The position numbers and the translations under genes were made by a program. Shown in pieces: positions 40,035 to 48,401 of a stretch of DNA of 64,000 bases. Below the pieces are notes generated by a model, which worked only from the letters and a program-made list of their open reading frames with translations, did no database searches and was not told the origin of the DNA. This stretch comes from Candidatus Daviesbacteria bacterium GW2011_GWA1_41_61 (GTDB lineage Bacteria > Patescibacteriota > Microgenomatia > Daviesbacterales > UBA10151), in assembly GCA_000997385.1 (NCBI GenBank), contig LCBT01000002.1, positions 119,424 to 183,423 of the forward strand, given 5' to 3'. Each line of letters begins with the position of its first letter. The first letter of the stretch is position 1.

Positions 40035-40690
40035 AGATTGCCCTTTTGCACGGTCCAGGAGAGGTGGGGAAAAGAAGTGAACTTTTAAAGATCCGCAGCC
40101 ATTTTAGCCGGAATTTAGTAAGTATTGTTGATTTAAAGCAAGATGATATAGCTAAGATTGAAGAGATAATGTTGTCTCAACCGCTTTTGTTTGAGGGTAG
40201 AAGGTTGGTCTTGGTGGAGAATGCTCCAGAGACATTGGATTTGGAAAAGCTGCCTAAGTTGGCAGGTGAGCTGTTTTTGGCAGTAATGGCCCCTTCTTTA
40301 AAAAATGACTCCTTGATTTTAAAAAGTGCTCACAAACTAGGGGCCAAGATTTTGCTTTTTGAAGGAGAAAAAGAGCTTTCGGCCTTTCCCTTTTTGGATG
40401 CTTTGCTGGAAAAGAAACCTCAGGCTTTTTCAGAGCTTCAGAAGCTTCTTTTAGACTATGGCTGGGTTTATGTGGTGACGATGATTTATTACGGATTGCG
40501 GCGTAATCTCTTGCCTTTACCTCCCCAGGGATTTATTCAGAGAAAAATTTTAGCCCAAAGACAGAACTTCCACCCTCAGGACTTTGAACAATTATATAAA
40601 CTGGCTTTACAGACTGAGTTTAATATTAAAAATGGAGCTATGGCGGAAAAAGTAGCTTTAGCCAAGCTGGTCCAAGCTTTTATCGGCTGA
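40031..40690 (+). CDS. DNA polymerase III delta subunit-like protein
   Basis: LLHG start, RRLVLVEN, C-terminal TEFNIKNG; short form. Confidence 0.55.
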   Translation: MKIALLHGPGEVGKRSELLKIRSHFSRNLVSIVDLKQDDIAKIEEIMLSQPLLFEGRRLVLVENAPETLDLEKLPKLAGELFLAVMAPSLKNDSLILKSAHKLGAKILLFEGEKELSAFPFLDALLEKKPQAFSELQKLLLDYGWVYVVTMIYYGLRRNLLPLPPQGFIQRKILAQRQNFHPQDFEQLYKLALQTEFNIKNGAMAEKVALAKLVQAFIG

Positions 40691-41591
40691 CAGATTGATC
40701 CATCATCTGTAAGTCCTGATTATTGACCACTCCATCTTGGTTTAAGTCAGCTACCTTTTGGGTAGGCTTTGAACCAAAATTTTTTAGGATGATACTGCGG
40801 TCTAAAGAGTTAACTTTACCGTCGTTGTTAATGTCGAAGTGGGGAACAAAAGGAGCTTTAGTGGGGCTAGTTAAATTCTGATCTTGTCCTAATATCAAAG
40901 GAGAAGAGATCAGGGCAGCAGAGAAAGGGTTGATTGCTATCTGAGATTGTTGTTTATCATCAAAGATGGTCAGTGTAGCTTTAAGGTCGGGGTTGAAAGT
41001 AGGGATAACCTCGCTTGAGGAGGCGGGATAGATTTCCGTCAGAGGTAAGAGAAAATTTCCGGCCACTTTAGTGACAGTTGCCAATTTCTCCATTCCGGGG
41101 ATCTGTAAGGTAATAAGAGCTTCAACAACCGGCTTTTTAGATTCGTTGATTACTGTGCCAATTAAGGGTGGGAAGTCATAAGAGATAGTTTTGGGGAGCG
41201 TGGTAAAAGTTAAAAACTCCTTAGGCGGATAGGTTAACATTCCGGAGTTAATTTTATAATAATAGGTGGTACTCGGTTGAAGATTAGTCAGGGTGACAAA
41301 ATGGAGCTGATGGCTTTGAGGAGACTGCAAATCCCTCTCATCACGGAAAGTCTGGGTAGCTATGGGGGGCGTTCCCAGTTGGACAAACCCGACAGCCGGC
41401 ACTTGAGTTTGCCAATAGAGGGAGGCACGGGTGGCAGAGAGGTTGACTAAATTAATATTTTGGGGCTCCACGGAAGGGCTGGCTTTAGATTTTAAGGCCT
41501 GGTTTTGATTAGCTAGGAAGACACCCACACCCAGACCAACCAAAATAAGGCTTAATCCTAAAAGTGTTGGAATTTTGGTTTTGGGTTCCAT
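40680..41591 (-). CDS. Membrane-anchored FN3-like plus dockerin-like domain protein
   Basis: HFVTLTNLQPSTTYYYKI; DINNDGKVNSLD and DLNQDGVVNNQD repeats. Confidence 0.8.
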   Translation of the reverse strand: MEPKTKIPTLLGLSLILVGLGVGVFLANQNQALKSKASPSVEPQNINLVNLSATRASLYWQTQVPAVGFVQLGTPPIATQTFRDERDLQSPQSHQLHFVTLTNLQPSTTYYYKINSGMLTYPPKEFLTFTTLPKTISYDFPPLIGTVINESKKPVVEALITLQIPGMEKLATVTKVAGNFLLPLTEIYPASSSEVIPTFNPDLKATLTIFDDKQQSQIAINPFSAALISSPLILGQDQNLTSPTKAPFVPHFDINNDGKVNSLDRSIILKNFGSKPTQKVADLNQDGVVNNQDLQMMDQSVSR

Positions 41592-41595
41592 GTCT

Positions 41596-41775
41596 TTACA
41601 AAGAGAGACTATTAATTACCTCTTGATCGAAGTTTGGGTTAACTGGTTCTAAAACTTCTTGTACTTGGGGAGAGATGTCGCTCTGGGTTCGGGTATGGAT
41701 GATGTCTGAAGCTACCCAAATAAGGACAGTGATTAAGGTAGCTATGAGGATATATAAAAATTGTCTTCCGCTCAT
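41596..41775 (-). CDS. 59-aa single-TM protein after pilO (missed by ORF track)
   Basis: Manual translation MSGRQFLYILIATLITVLIWVASDII...EPVNPNFD..; fills the operon gap. Confidence 0.65.
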   Translation of the reverse strand: MSGRQFLYILIATLITVLIWVASDIIHTRTQSDISPQVQEVLEPVNPNFDQEVINSLSL

Positions 41776-41782
41776 TGTAAAG

Positions 41783-42388
41783 TTAGTTTTTTAATAGGTA
41801 AGCCTTTCCTGTTACTGATAACGACATATTTCCTTCTGCCGGTTTGTTTAGGACAATGTTGGTCAGTGTTACAATCCGGGAAGAATGTTTTAAGTAATCA
41901 AGGGTGGCCATAAGCTGTTGATATGATCCTTGAGCATTTAAAGCAAATTCGATCTCCCCTAAATTAGGGCTTGTTGTAGCTTCTGCAGCGTTGTCATAGA
42001 CTGTCACCGACTGAACTTGTAGAGCTGAAAAGGAAGCCTCTTTTTTAACTGAATCTTCCAGACTTTTGACTAAGGAAGTTACTTGAGCTTGGGAAGGAAG
42101 AGCCAGTTTAATCCGTTCTTTTGTTTGGGGATCTAGGCTATCAAAATTTTGCTTAGCTAAAGTTAAATCCTGGCCTTTTTTTTTCAACTGATCCAGAATT
42201 TGTTTGTGAGTTTCAATATTTTTTTGGAGTTGGGCAATAGTAGAGAGGGTGGGACGGATAATAAAGATCATAAACAAAGTAACGGCTAAAACACTAAAGA
42301 TATAGGGGGTAGAAGATTTGACCAGTTTGTTGGTGATAACAGGTGTAATATAGGTGTAATAACGGGAGTAATATTTGTTTTGTGACAT
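41783..42388 (-). CDS. pilO: Type IV pilus assembly protein PilO-like
   Basis: TM, coiled coil, ALPS, GSYQQL..L...SRIV. Confidence 0.7.
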   Translation of the reverse strand: MSQNKYYSRYYTYITPVITNKLVKSSTPYIFSVLAVTLFMIFIIRPTLSTIAQLQKNIETHKQILDQLKKKGQDLTLAKQNFDSLDPQTKERIKLALPSQAQVTSLVKSLEDSVKKEASFSALQVQSVTVYDNAAEATTSPNLGEIEFALNAQGSYQQLMATLDYLKHSSRIVTLTNIVLNKPAEGNMSLSVTGKAYLLKN

Positions 42389-42973
42389 TTAATTTATCCC
42401 TCCTCGGGGCAAGCTGCCGGAAATTGAAAATTTGATTTCGTTTTCGAAAGCCACATTAGTCAGGGTGACTTCGGAAAAAGCTGGATCTTTTTTTAAAGCA
42501 CGGATAAAAGCTGACAGTTCGTTGGTTTGGATGGGAGCCTGTCCATTGATGGTAAATGAAGTTTTAGGGTGGGGTTGGGTTTGCTCTAAAGCAATGCTAG
42601 TAAGCCGGCTGTTGAGAGGCATTAAGCTGCCAACCTTTGTTATTACGGCTGAATAGTTAGGGCTTTCAGCCTTTATCTTTTTAATAGTAGCCAGTTGGAA
42701 TTGAGTCTGCCTAATCATTATCTCGTCATTTCTGAGACTTTTTAAATAGGGTATTTCCTGATTAATCTTATCTTTGAGATCATCCAGTTCAGTGTCTAGC
42801 TGATAGCGATAGACAAGTGCTCCAATGACAATCAGTTCTACTAAAATGACAATAAACCTACCCGAGGATAAAATCCACTTTAGTAAAGCTACTAAGATTG
42901 CTACCGGCTCTCCTTTGCGTACCAGCAAGTTAATGCGGTAGAGGTTTTGACCCGGATTTTTGGAGGCAGCCAT
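42389..42973 (-). CDS. pilN: Type IV pilus assembly protein PilN-like
   Basis: INLL motif, TM, coiled coil, FIRALKKDPAFSEV. Confidence 0.7.
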   Translation of the reverse strand: MAASKNPGQNLYRINLLVRKGEPVAILVALLKWILSSGRFIVILVELIVIGALVYRYQLDTELDDLKDKINQEIPYLKSLRNDEIMIRQTQFQLATIKKIKAESPNYSAVITKVGSLMPLNSRLTSIALEQTQPHPKTSFTINGQAPIQTNELSAFIRALKKDPAFSEVTLTNVAFENEIKFSISGSLPRGGIN

Positions 42974-42995
42974 ACTTTTAGTTTACGCCCGAAAC

Positions 42996-43023
42996 TTTAA
43001 AGATGCAAGTTTAAAGATGCAAG
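42996..43023. repeat. 14-bp perfect tandem duplication
   Basis: tttaaagatgcaag x2, intergenic. Confidence 0.85.
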
Positions 43024-43048
43024 ATTTTAAACTAAAAGAGTTGTCAAG

Positions 43049-43288
43049 TTATTTAGAAACCATCAATTTAGACAACTGAGACTTTAGGCGGGCGGCTTTA
43101 TTGCGGTGGATCAGTTTAACTTTAGCAGCTTTATCTAAAGTACTAAAAACAGCGCTTAGAGTTTTGGCACTGGGGTTTTTACGAGCTTTTTTAAGCAGGC
43201 TTTTAAGCTTGTTTTTTCTCGCTAGATTGCGGGCAGTTTTCACCTTATCTTGGCGTACTTTTTTAATCGCAGATTTGATAACCGGCAT
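43049..43288 (-). CDS. rpsT: 30S ribosomal protein S20
   Basis: MPVIKSAIKK..RN, LDKAAK..IHRNKAARLKSQL. Confidence 0.93.
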   Translation of the reverse strand: MPVIKSAIKKVRQDKVKTARNLARKNKLKSLLKKARKNPSAKTLSAVFSTLDKAAKVKLIHRNKAARLKSQLSKLMVSK

Positions 43289-43353
43289 ACAGCTTGGTAT
43301 GGTAACACAGAGTATAGCTTTGGTGCAAGGATTGATGTTAAAATTTAACATCA

Positions 43354-44988
43354 ATGGTTAAAAATTTACTTTTTCTGCTTTCAGCTAGACAATCATCAAT
43401 TCTTTCCGGGGCTTTGGTGATTATGGCCACAGTGATGGCTTCCAAATTTTTAGGCTTAGTCCGTGACAGATTGTTGGCTCATACCTTCTCTCCGGATCAG
43501 ACAGCTGTTTTTTTGGCTGCTTTTAGAATACCTGACCTGATCTTTCAGTTGTTAATTTTTGGGGCTGTGTCAGTGGCCTTTATTCCTATTTTTACTGACT
43601 ACTTACATAAAAAAGGAGAAGAGGAATCTTTTAGATTTGCTGCGGATGTTTTTAATTTAGTTTTAGGGGGATTTATTTTAATTAGTATCTTGGTGTTTAT
43701 AGTAGCTGACCCTTTAACCAATTTAGTGGTTCCAGGATTTTCGGCAGAGCAAAAACAGTTAACAGCTGTTTTGACCAGGGTTATTTTGGGAGGGCAAGTT
43801 TTGCTGGTGGTAGGGTCTTTTTTTGCCGGAGTTTGCCAATCTTATCAAAGATTTGTTATCCCGGCTTTAGCGGCAGTTTTTTATAATGTAGGAATAATTT
43901 TGGGGATTATTTTTTTGACCCCCTATATTGGACTTTTTGGTCCGGCCTTCGGGGTGATTATCGGCGCTGCCCTGCATGCTTTAATCCAGGTTCCTTTGGT
44001 GGCTTCTTTAGGCTTTAAACACCGCTTCAGTCTTAACTTAAACAGTGAGGGAATTAAAGAGATCTCCGGGTTGATCAGTATTAGGACGGTAGGTGTGGCC
44101 GTGGAACAGATCAACGAGACAGTGGGCATAATATTGGCCTCTTTAATCTCGGTCTCTTCTGTAACTTATTTAACTTTTGCCCAGCATCTACAGACAGTCC
44201 CCATTGGTTTATTTGGGGCGACTTTAGCTCAGGCAGCTTTACCGGTTTTATCTCAAGAGCAAGCAAAGGGTGAAAATGAGGCTTTTAAGACTACCCTTTT
44301 GACTACTATGCATCAGGTGATGTTTTTAAGCTTACCCTCGGCAGCAATATTAATAGTCCTAAGGATTCCGGCAGTGAGATTAGTCTTTGGGGCTTCCCAA
44401 TTTGACTGGCCAGCGACGGTGCTAACTGGACAAACCGTAGCTTACTTGGCGGTGGGTTTGGCAGCTCAAGCAGTTGCCCTTCTTTTAGTGAGGGGGTTTT
44501 ATGCTTTAAAAGATACCCGTACCCCAGTAGTTGTTTCTATCCTTACTGTGGCCCTAAATATTATTTTAAGTGTCTTTTTTATCCAGATACTGCGGTTGGA
44601 TGTATGGGGTTTGGGCCTCTCTTATGCCATCGTCTCTAATTTATCGGTAATTCTCCTGTTATATTTTCTCCATAAAAAACTAGGGGGGTTTGATATTGCT
44701 AGTCTATTTATTCCCGCCGGGAAGATGATCTTGGCAGCAGTGGCAGCAGCAATAACGTTATACCTTTTGATGAAAGGGTTAGATATAGCTTTTGACACCA
44801 GAAAAACGGTTAATTTAATTCTTTTAACAGGCATTGCTTCTATTTTTGGTTTATCAGTTTATATCCTTTTGGTATGGCTTTTGAGGGTCAAAGAGTTAGA
44901 GACTTTTGGCAATTTAATCAAAAGAGTCTACAATGCTCAATTTAATGTTAAATCTCAGGAGATTCTAGAAGAAACAGGCCCAATCTAA
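43354..44988 (+). CDS. murJ: Lipid II flippase MurJ
   Basis: LGLVRD, AFRIPD, AFIP, RGFYALKDTRTP; many TMs. Confidence 0.93.
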   Translation: MVKNLLFLLSARQSSILSGALVIMATVMASKFLGLVRDRLLAHTFSPDQTAVFLAAFRIPDLIFQLLIFGAVSVAFIPIFTDYLHKKGEEESFRFAADVFNLVLGGFILISILVFIVADPLTNLVVPGFSAEQKQLTAVLTRVILGGQVLLVVGSFFAGVCQSYQRFVIPALAAVFYNVGIILGIIFLTPYIGLFGPAFGVIIGAALHALIQVPLVASLGFKHRFSLNLNSEGIKEISGLISIRTVGVAVEQINETVGIILASLISVSSVTYLTFAQHLQTVPIGLFGATLAQAALPVLSQEQAKGENEAFKTTLLTTMHQVMFLSLPSAAILIVLRIPAVRLVFGASQFDWPATVLTGQTVAYLAVGLAAQAVALLLVRGFYALKDTRTPVVVSILTVALNIILSVFFIQILRLDVWGLGLSYAIVSNLSVILLLYFLHKKLGGFDIASLFIPAGKMILAAVAAAITLYLLMKGLDIAFDTRKTVNLILLTGIASIFGLSVYILLVWLLRVKELETFGNLIKRVYNAQFNVKSQEILEETGPI

Positions 44989-45038
44989 GTTTTTTAAAGC
45001 AAATTGATTCAAAGTTCAAACTCCACTACAATACTCCC

Positions 45039-46871
45039 ATGGCAAACATCAGAAATTTTTCGATTATTGCTCATATTGATCATGGGAAATCGACCTTAGC
45101 TGACCGTTTGCTGGAGATTACCGGCACTGTGGCCAAAGACAAACTCCAACCCCAACTTTTGGATTCTTTAGCTTTGGAAAGAGAACGGGGTATTACCATC
45201 AAATTAGCCCCGGTCCGATTAAATTATACTTTCAACTCTCAACTTTACACTCTCAACTTAATAGATACTCCCGGCCATATGGATTTTTCCTATGAAGTTT
45301 CCCGGGCTTTGGCGGCAGTAGAGGGAGCGATACTTTTAGTTGATGCTACTCAAGGAATCCAAGCCCAAACTTTAGATCATGGACTGTCAGCTTTAAATCA
45401 GAATTTAACTTTAATTCCGGTGATTAATAAGGTTGACATGCTGTCAATCTTCCCTTCGCCTAACGGCGAACGTAAAATTGATTTTAGTCATCCAGAAATA
45501 GAAAAGTGTGCTCTCCAACTTATGGATACCTTTGGCTTTCGGGAAGATGAGATCATTCTGGCTTCTGGAAAAACTGGAGAAGGAGTGGAAGAGATCTTAA
45601 AAGCAATTATCGAGAAGGTACCTGCACCCAAAGCAGATCCTTCACCCGATAAATCGGGTTCAGGACGAGTTGCGCTGCGCGCACTAGTTTTTGATTCTTT
45701 TTTTGATTCTTATAAAGGAGTGATGGCCCAGGTAAGAATTGTAGAAGGGAGGACTCCTAGAAGTGGAGAAAAGATTGTCTTTTTGGGGACTGGAGCTAGC
45801 GGGCAAATTCTGGAAGTGGGTTACTTTGTTCCTCAGTTAACTGTTGCTGACTGCCTTGAGGCGGGGGAGATTGGTTATATTGCCACAGGTATTAAGCAAC
45901 CTGATTTAGTGAGAGTCGGTGATACTATCTCCACCGATTTGAATGTTGAGCTTTTGCCGGGTTACCGGGAGGTTAAACCGATGGTTTATGTGGGGCTTTA
46001 TCCTATTGAGACAGGAGAATATTTTGAGTTAAAGGAAGCTTTAGCTAAGTTTAGGCTGACAGATCCGGCCTTTTCTTATGAACTAGAGCAATCGGCAGTT
46101 TTGGGATCAGGCTTTAGGTGTGGTTTTTTAGGACTGCTACATGCTGAGGTGGTTCAAGAAAGGTTATCGGAGGAGTTTAATGTTAATCTCCTGGCTACTA
46201 CTCCCTCGGTGGAGTACCAATTTGCAGGCCAGACTATCAACAATCCAGCAGATCTTCCCCAAGGTGAAAACATTAAGGATTTAAAAGAACCGTGGGTAAA
46301 ACTGCAGATTTTTGCGCCTCAAAGTTATATCGGTCCGGTGATGGACTTAGTCCAGGAAAGAAGGGGTAAATTTATTAACATGCAGCACTATGGAATCCAG
46401 GTGGAGTTGTCTTATGAAATGCCTTTATCTGAGATGATTACCGATTTTTATGACAAACTAAAATCAGTCTCCTCAGGTTTTGCTTCCTTAGATTGGGAAT
46501 TTTTGGAATTTAGAGAGGTAGATGCTGTGAGGGTAGATTTTTTAGTAGGGGGAGAAAAAGTAGATGCGCTGTCAACTATAGTTTACAGGCCCAAGGCTGA
46601 ATCAGTCGGCCGGCGGATGGTAGAAAAGCTAAAAGAGATCTTGCCCAGGCAAAATTTTACTATAGCTATTCAGGCAGCTATTGGTGGGAAAATAATTGCC
46701 AGAGAAACAATTTCTCCTTTTAGAAAAGATGTGACAGCCAAACTTTACGGAGGAGACAGGACCAGAAAAGATAAATTGTTAGAAAAACAAAAGAAAGGTA
46801 AAAAGAAGATGAAAATGATTGGAAAGGTAGAAATCCCCCAAGAAGCATTTTTAAGTATCTTGAAATCATAA
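45039..46871 (+). CDS. lepA: Elongation factor 4 (LepA)
   Basis: IAHIDHGKSTLADR, GFRCGFLGLLH, KLYGGD..RK.KLLEKQKKGK. Confidence 0.97.
   Translation: MANIRNFSIIAHIDHGKSTLADRLLEITGTVAKDKLQPQLLDSLALERERGITIKLAPVRLNYTFNSQLYTLNLIDTPGHMDFSYEVSRALAAVEGAILLVDATQGIQAQTLDHGLSALNQNLTLIPVINKVDMLSIFPSPNGERKIDFSHPEIEKCALQLMDTFGFREDEIILASGKTGEGVEEILKAIIEKVPAPKADPSPDKSGSGRVALRALVFDSFFDSYKGVMAQVRIVEGRTPRSGEKIVFLGTGASGQILEVGYFVPQLTVADCLEAGEIGYIATGIKQPDLVRVGDTISTDLNVELLPGYREVKPMVYVGLYPIETGEYFELKEALAKFRLTDPAFSYELEQSAVLGSGFRCGFLGLLHAEVVQERLSEEFNVNLLATTPSVEYQFAGQTINNPADLPQGENIKDLKEPWVKLQIFAPQSYIGPVMDLVQERRGKFINMQHYGIQVELSYEMPLSEMITDFYDKLKSVSSGFASLDWEFLEFREVDAVRVDFLVGGEKVDALSTIVYRPKAESVGRRMVEKLKEILPRQNFTIAIQAAIGGKIIARETISPFRKDVTAKLYGGDRTRKDKLLEKQKKGKKKMKMIGKVEIPQEAFLSILKS
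45638..45665. repeat. Short hairpin element inside lepA (CTGA...GAAG on minus strand)
   Basis: tccttc-acccgat-aa-atcgggt-tcagga; encodes PSPDKSGSG. Confidence 0.7.
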
Positions 46872-46898
46872 TAGTAAAAATGCTATTTTAAGAAAAAT

Positions 46899-47102
46899 AT
46901 GTCAGCTGAAAAAAGACTTCAGGTTGTTGAGATTACTTTAGACACTAAACTTGAGGATATCCCAGACGGTCCACCTTGTATGGTTGGTGGTAAGTCGACT
47001 CAACTACACCAAAGGTATATTGATGAGCAACAAGTCCAAAGTATATACTTTTTTGTCTTGCCTAATGGACTTTTAGCAAAAAAACCTCTTGACAGAGATT
47101 AG
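46899..47102 (+). CDS. Small hypothetical protein or fragment
   Basis: 67-aa ORF running into the hrcA promoter. Confidence 0.4.
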   Translation: MSAEKRLQVVEITLDTKLEDIPDGPPCMVGGKSTQLHQRYIDEQQVQSIYFFVLPNGLLAKKPLDRD

Positions 47103-47125
47103 CAGTCGTGATAACTTACTGCTAG
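47089..47125 (+). promoter_or_regulatory. hrcA promoter with CIRCE-like operator
   Basis: TTGACA 47089-47094, 17 bp, TGnTAACTT; TTAGCAGTC-N9-TACTGCTAG 47099-47125. Confidence 0.85.
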
Positions 47126-47155
47126 TAATAAACCAATCAGTATATCATTTTTTCT

Positions 47156-47884
47156 ATGAGTGATCTAAGCGATAGACAAAGACAACTTTTACAAGCCATT
47201 GTAGAGCTTTATGTTAAAAGTGGTGAACCTGTTCCTTCTGAAGCTGTTGAAAAAACTTATGATTTAGGCGTCTCTCCGGCCACTATTAGAAATGAGATGG
47301 TCAAATTAACTGATTTAGGATTTTTAAAACAACCTCACACCAGTGCTGGACGTGCACCTACTTCGATGGGTTTCCGTCTTTACATCGGTGAGTTGATGAA
47401 AGAAAAGGAGCTGCCGATAGTTGATGAAGTGGCTATCCGCCAGCAGGTTTTAGACCAACGATCCCAATTTAATAGAATGCTTCAGGTAGCTACTAAAGCT
47501 TTAGCTAAAAAATCCGGAGCTTTGGCTTTGGCTATTAATGGGCATGAGGTCTTTTATACCGGAGCAGCTAATATTTTAGATCTGCCGGAATTTTATGATA
47601 TTGACGTCACCCGCTTTGTGCTGTCGATGTTTGATGAATTTTCTATCTTGGAAAGAATTATCAACAGGGCTCAAGGTTCAGAGACTGTTCATGTTATTTT
47701 TGGGGAGGAGACAGAATTTGAATATCTTCGGTCCACCAGTTTTGCCTTCTTAGACTTTGAATTTGGTCCGGAGAAAGAAGGTATTATTGGGGTGATCGGT
47801 CCCAACAGGCTTAATTTCCCGATAGTGCTCCCCTATTTGAGATACATCGGTCAAGTGTTAGGCGAGGCCTCGAAAGTGGGGTAA
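47156..47884 (+). CDS. hrcA: Heat-inducible transcription repressor HrcA
   Basis: SPATIRNEM, QPHTSAGRAPT, GVIGP.R. Confidence 0.93.
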   Translation: MSDLSDRQRQLLQAIVELYVKSGEPVPSEAVEKTYDLGVSPATIRNEMVKLTDLGFLKQPHTSAGRAPTSMGFRLYIGELMKEKELPIVDEVAIRQQVLDQRSQFNRMLQVATKALAKKSGALALAINGHEVFYTGAANILDLPEFYDIDVTRFVLSMFDEFSILERIINRAQGSETVHVIFGEETEFEYLRSTSFAFLDFEFGPEKEGIIGVIGPNRLNFPIVLPYLRYIGQVLGEASKVG

Positions 47885-47896
47885 AAGTTATCAAAG

Positions 47897-48400
47897 ATGA
47901 GTAAAAAAAATCAGTTCAAAGAATTAGAAGATAAACTCTCCTCAGCCCAAGAGCAGCTAAAAAGAGCAGTGGCTGATTACCGGAATTTAGAGAAAAGAAT
48001 TCAGGAAGATGGGCTGATGATAGCTCAGTATTCTAAATCCCAGCTGGTAAATAAAATCCTGCCAGCTCTAGACAGTTTAGATCAGGCTGTAGCTGGAGCT
48101 GCTGAGTCTGAGGCAGAATCTGGATGGCTTAAGGGGGTAATGATGGCGATCAAGCAACTACGGCAAGCTTTGGTAGAAGAAGGACTGGTGGAGATTGATA
48201 CCTCAGGCCAATTTAATCCTAGTTTGCATGAAGCAGTTGACGTCAGAACCGGGGAAAATGATAAGATATTAGAGGTAGTCTTAAGAGGGTATATTTTAAA
48301 CGGTAAAGTATTAAGACCGGCCAAAGTGGTAGTAGGAAAATCTCAACCTGAGAAGATGAGCGAGGAAGCAACAAAAGAGATAGAAACAGAGGAGGTTTAA
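47897..48400 (+). CDS. grpE: Nucleotide exchange factor GrpE
   Basis: [27 protein letters not shown]. Confidence 0.95.
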   Translation: MSKKNQFKELEDKLSSAQEQLKRAVADYRNLEKRIQEDGLMIAQYSKSQLVNKILPALDSLDQAVAGAAESEAESGWLKGVMMAIKQLRQALVEEGLVEIDTSGQFNPSLHEAVDVRTGENDKILEVVLRGYILNGKVLRPAKVVVGKSQPEKMSEEATKEIETEEV

Positions 48401-48401
48401 T

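Noticed and set aside
45433-45447. ttgaca-tgc-tgtcaa palindrome in lepA as a promoter or operator
   Set aside because: Overlaps the conserved NKVD GTPase codons and has no matching -10; probably chance
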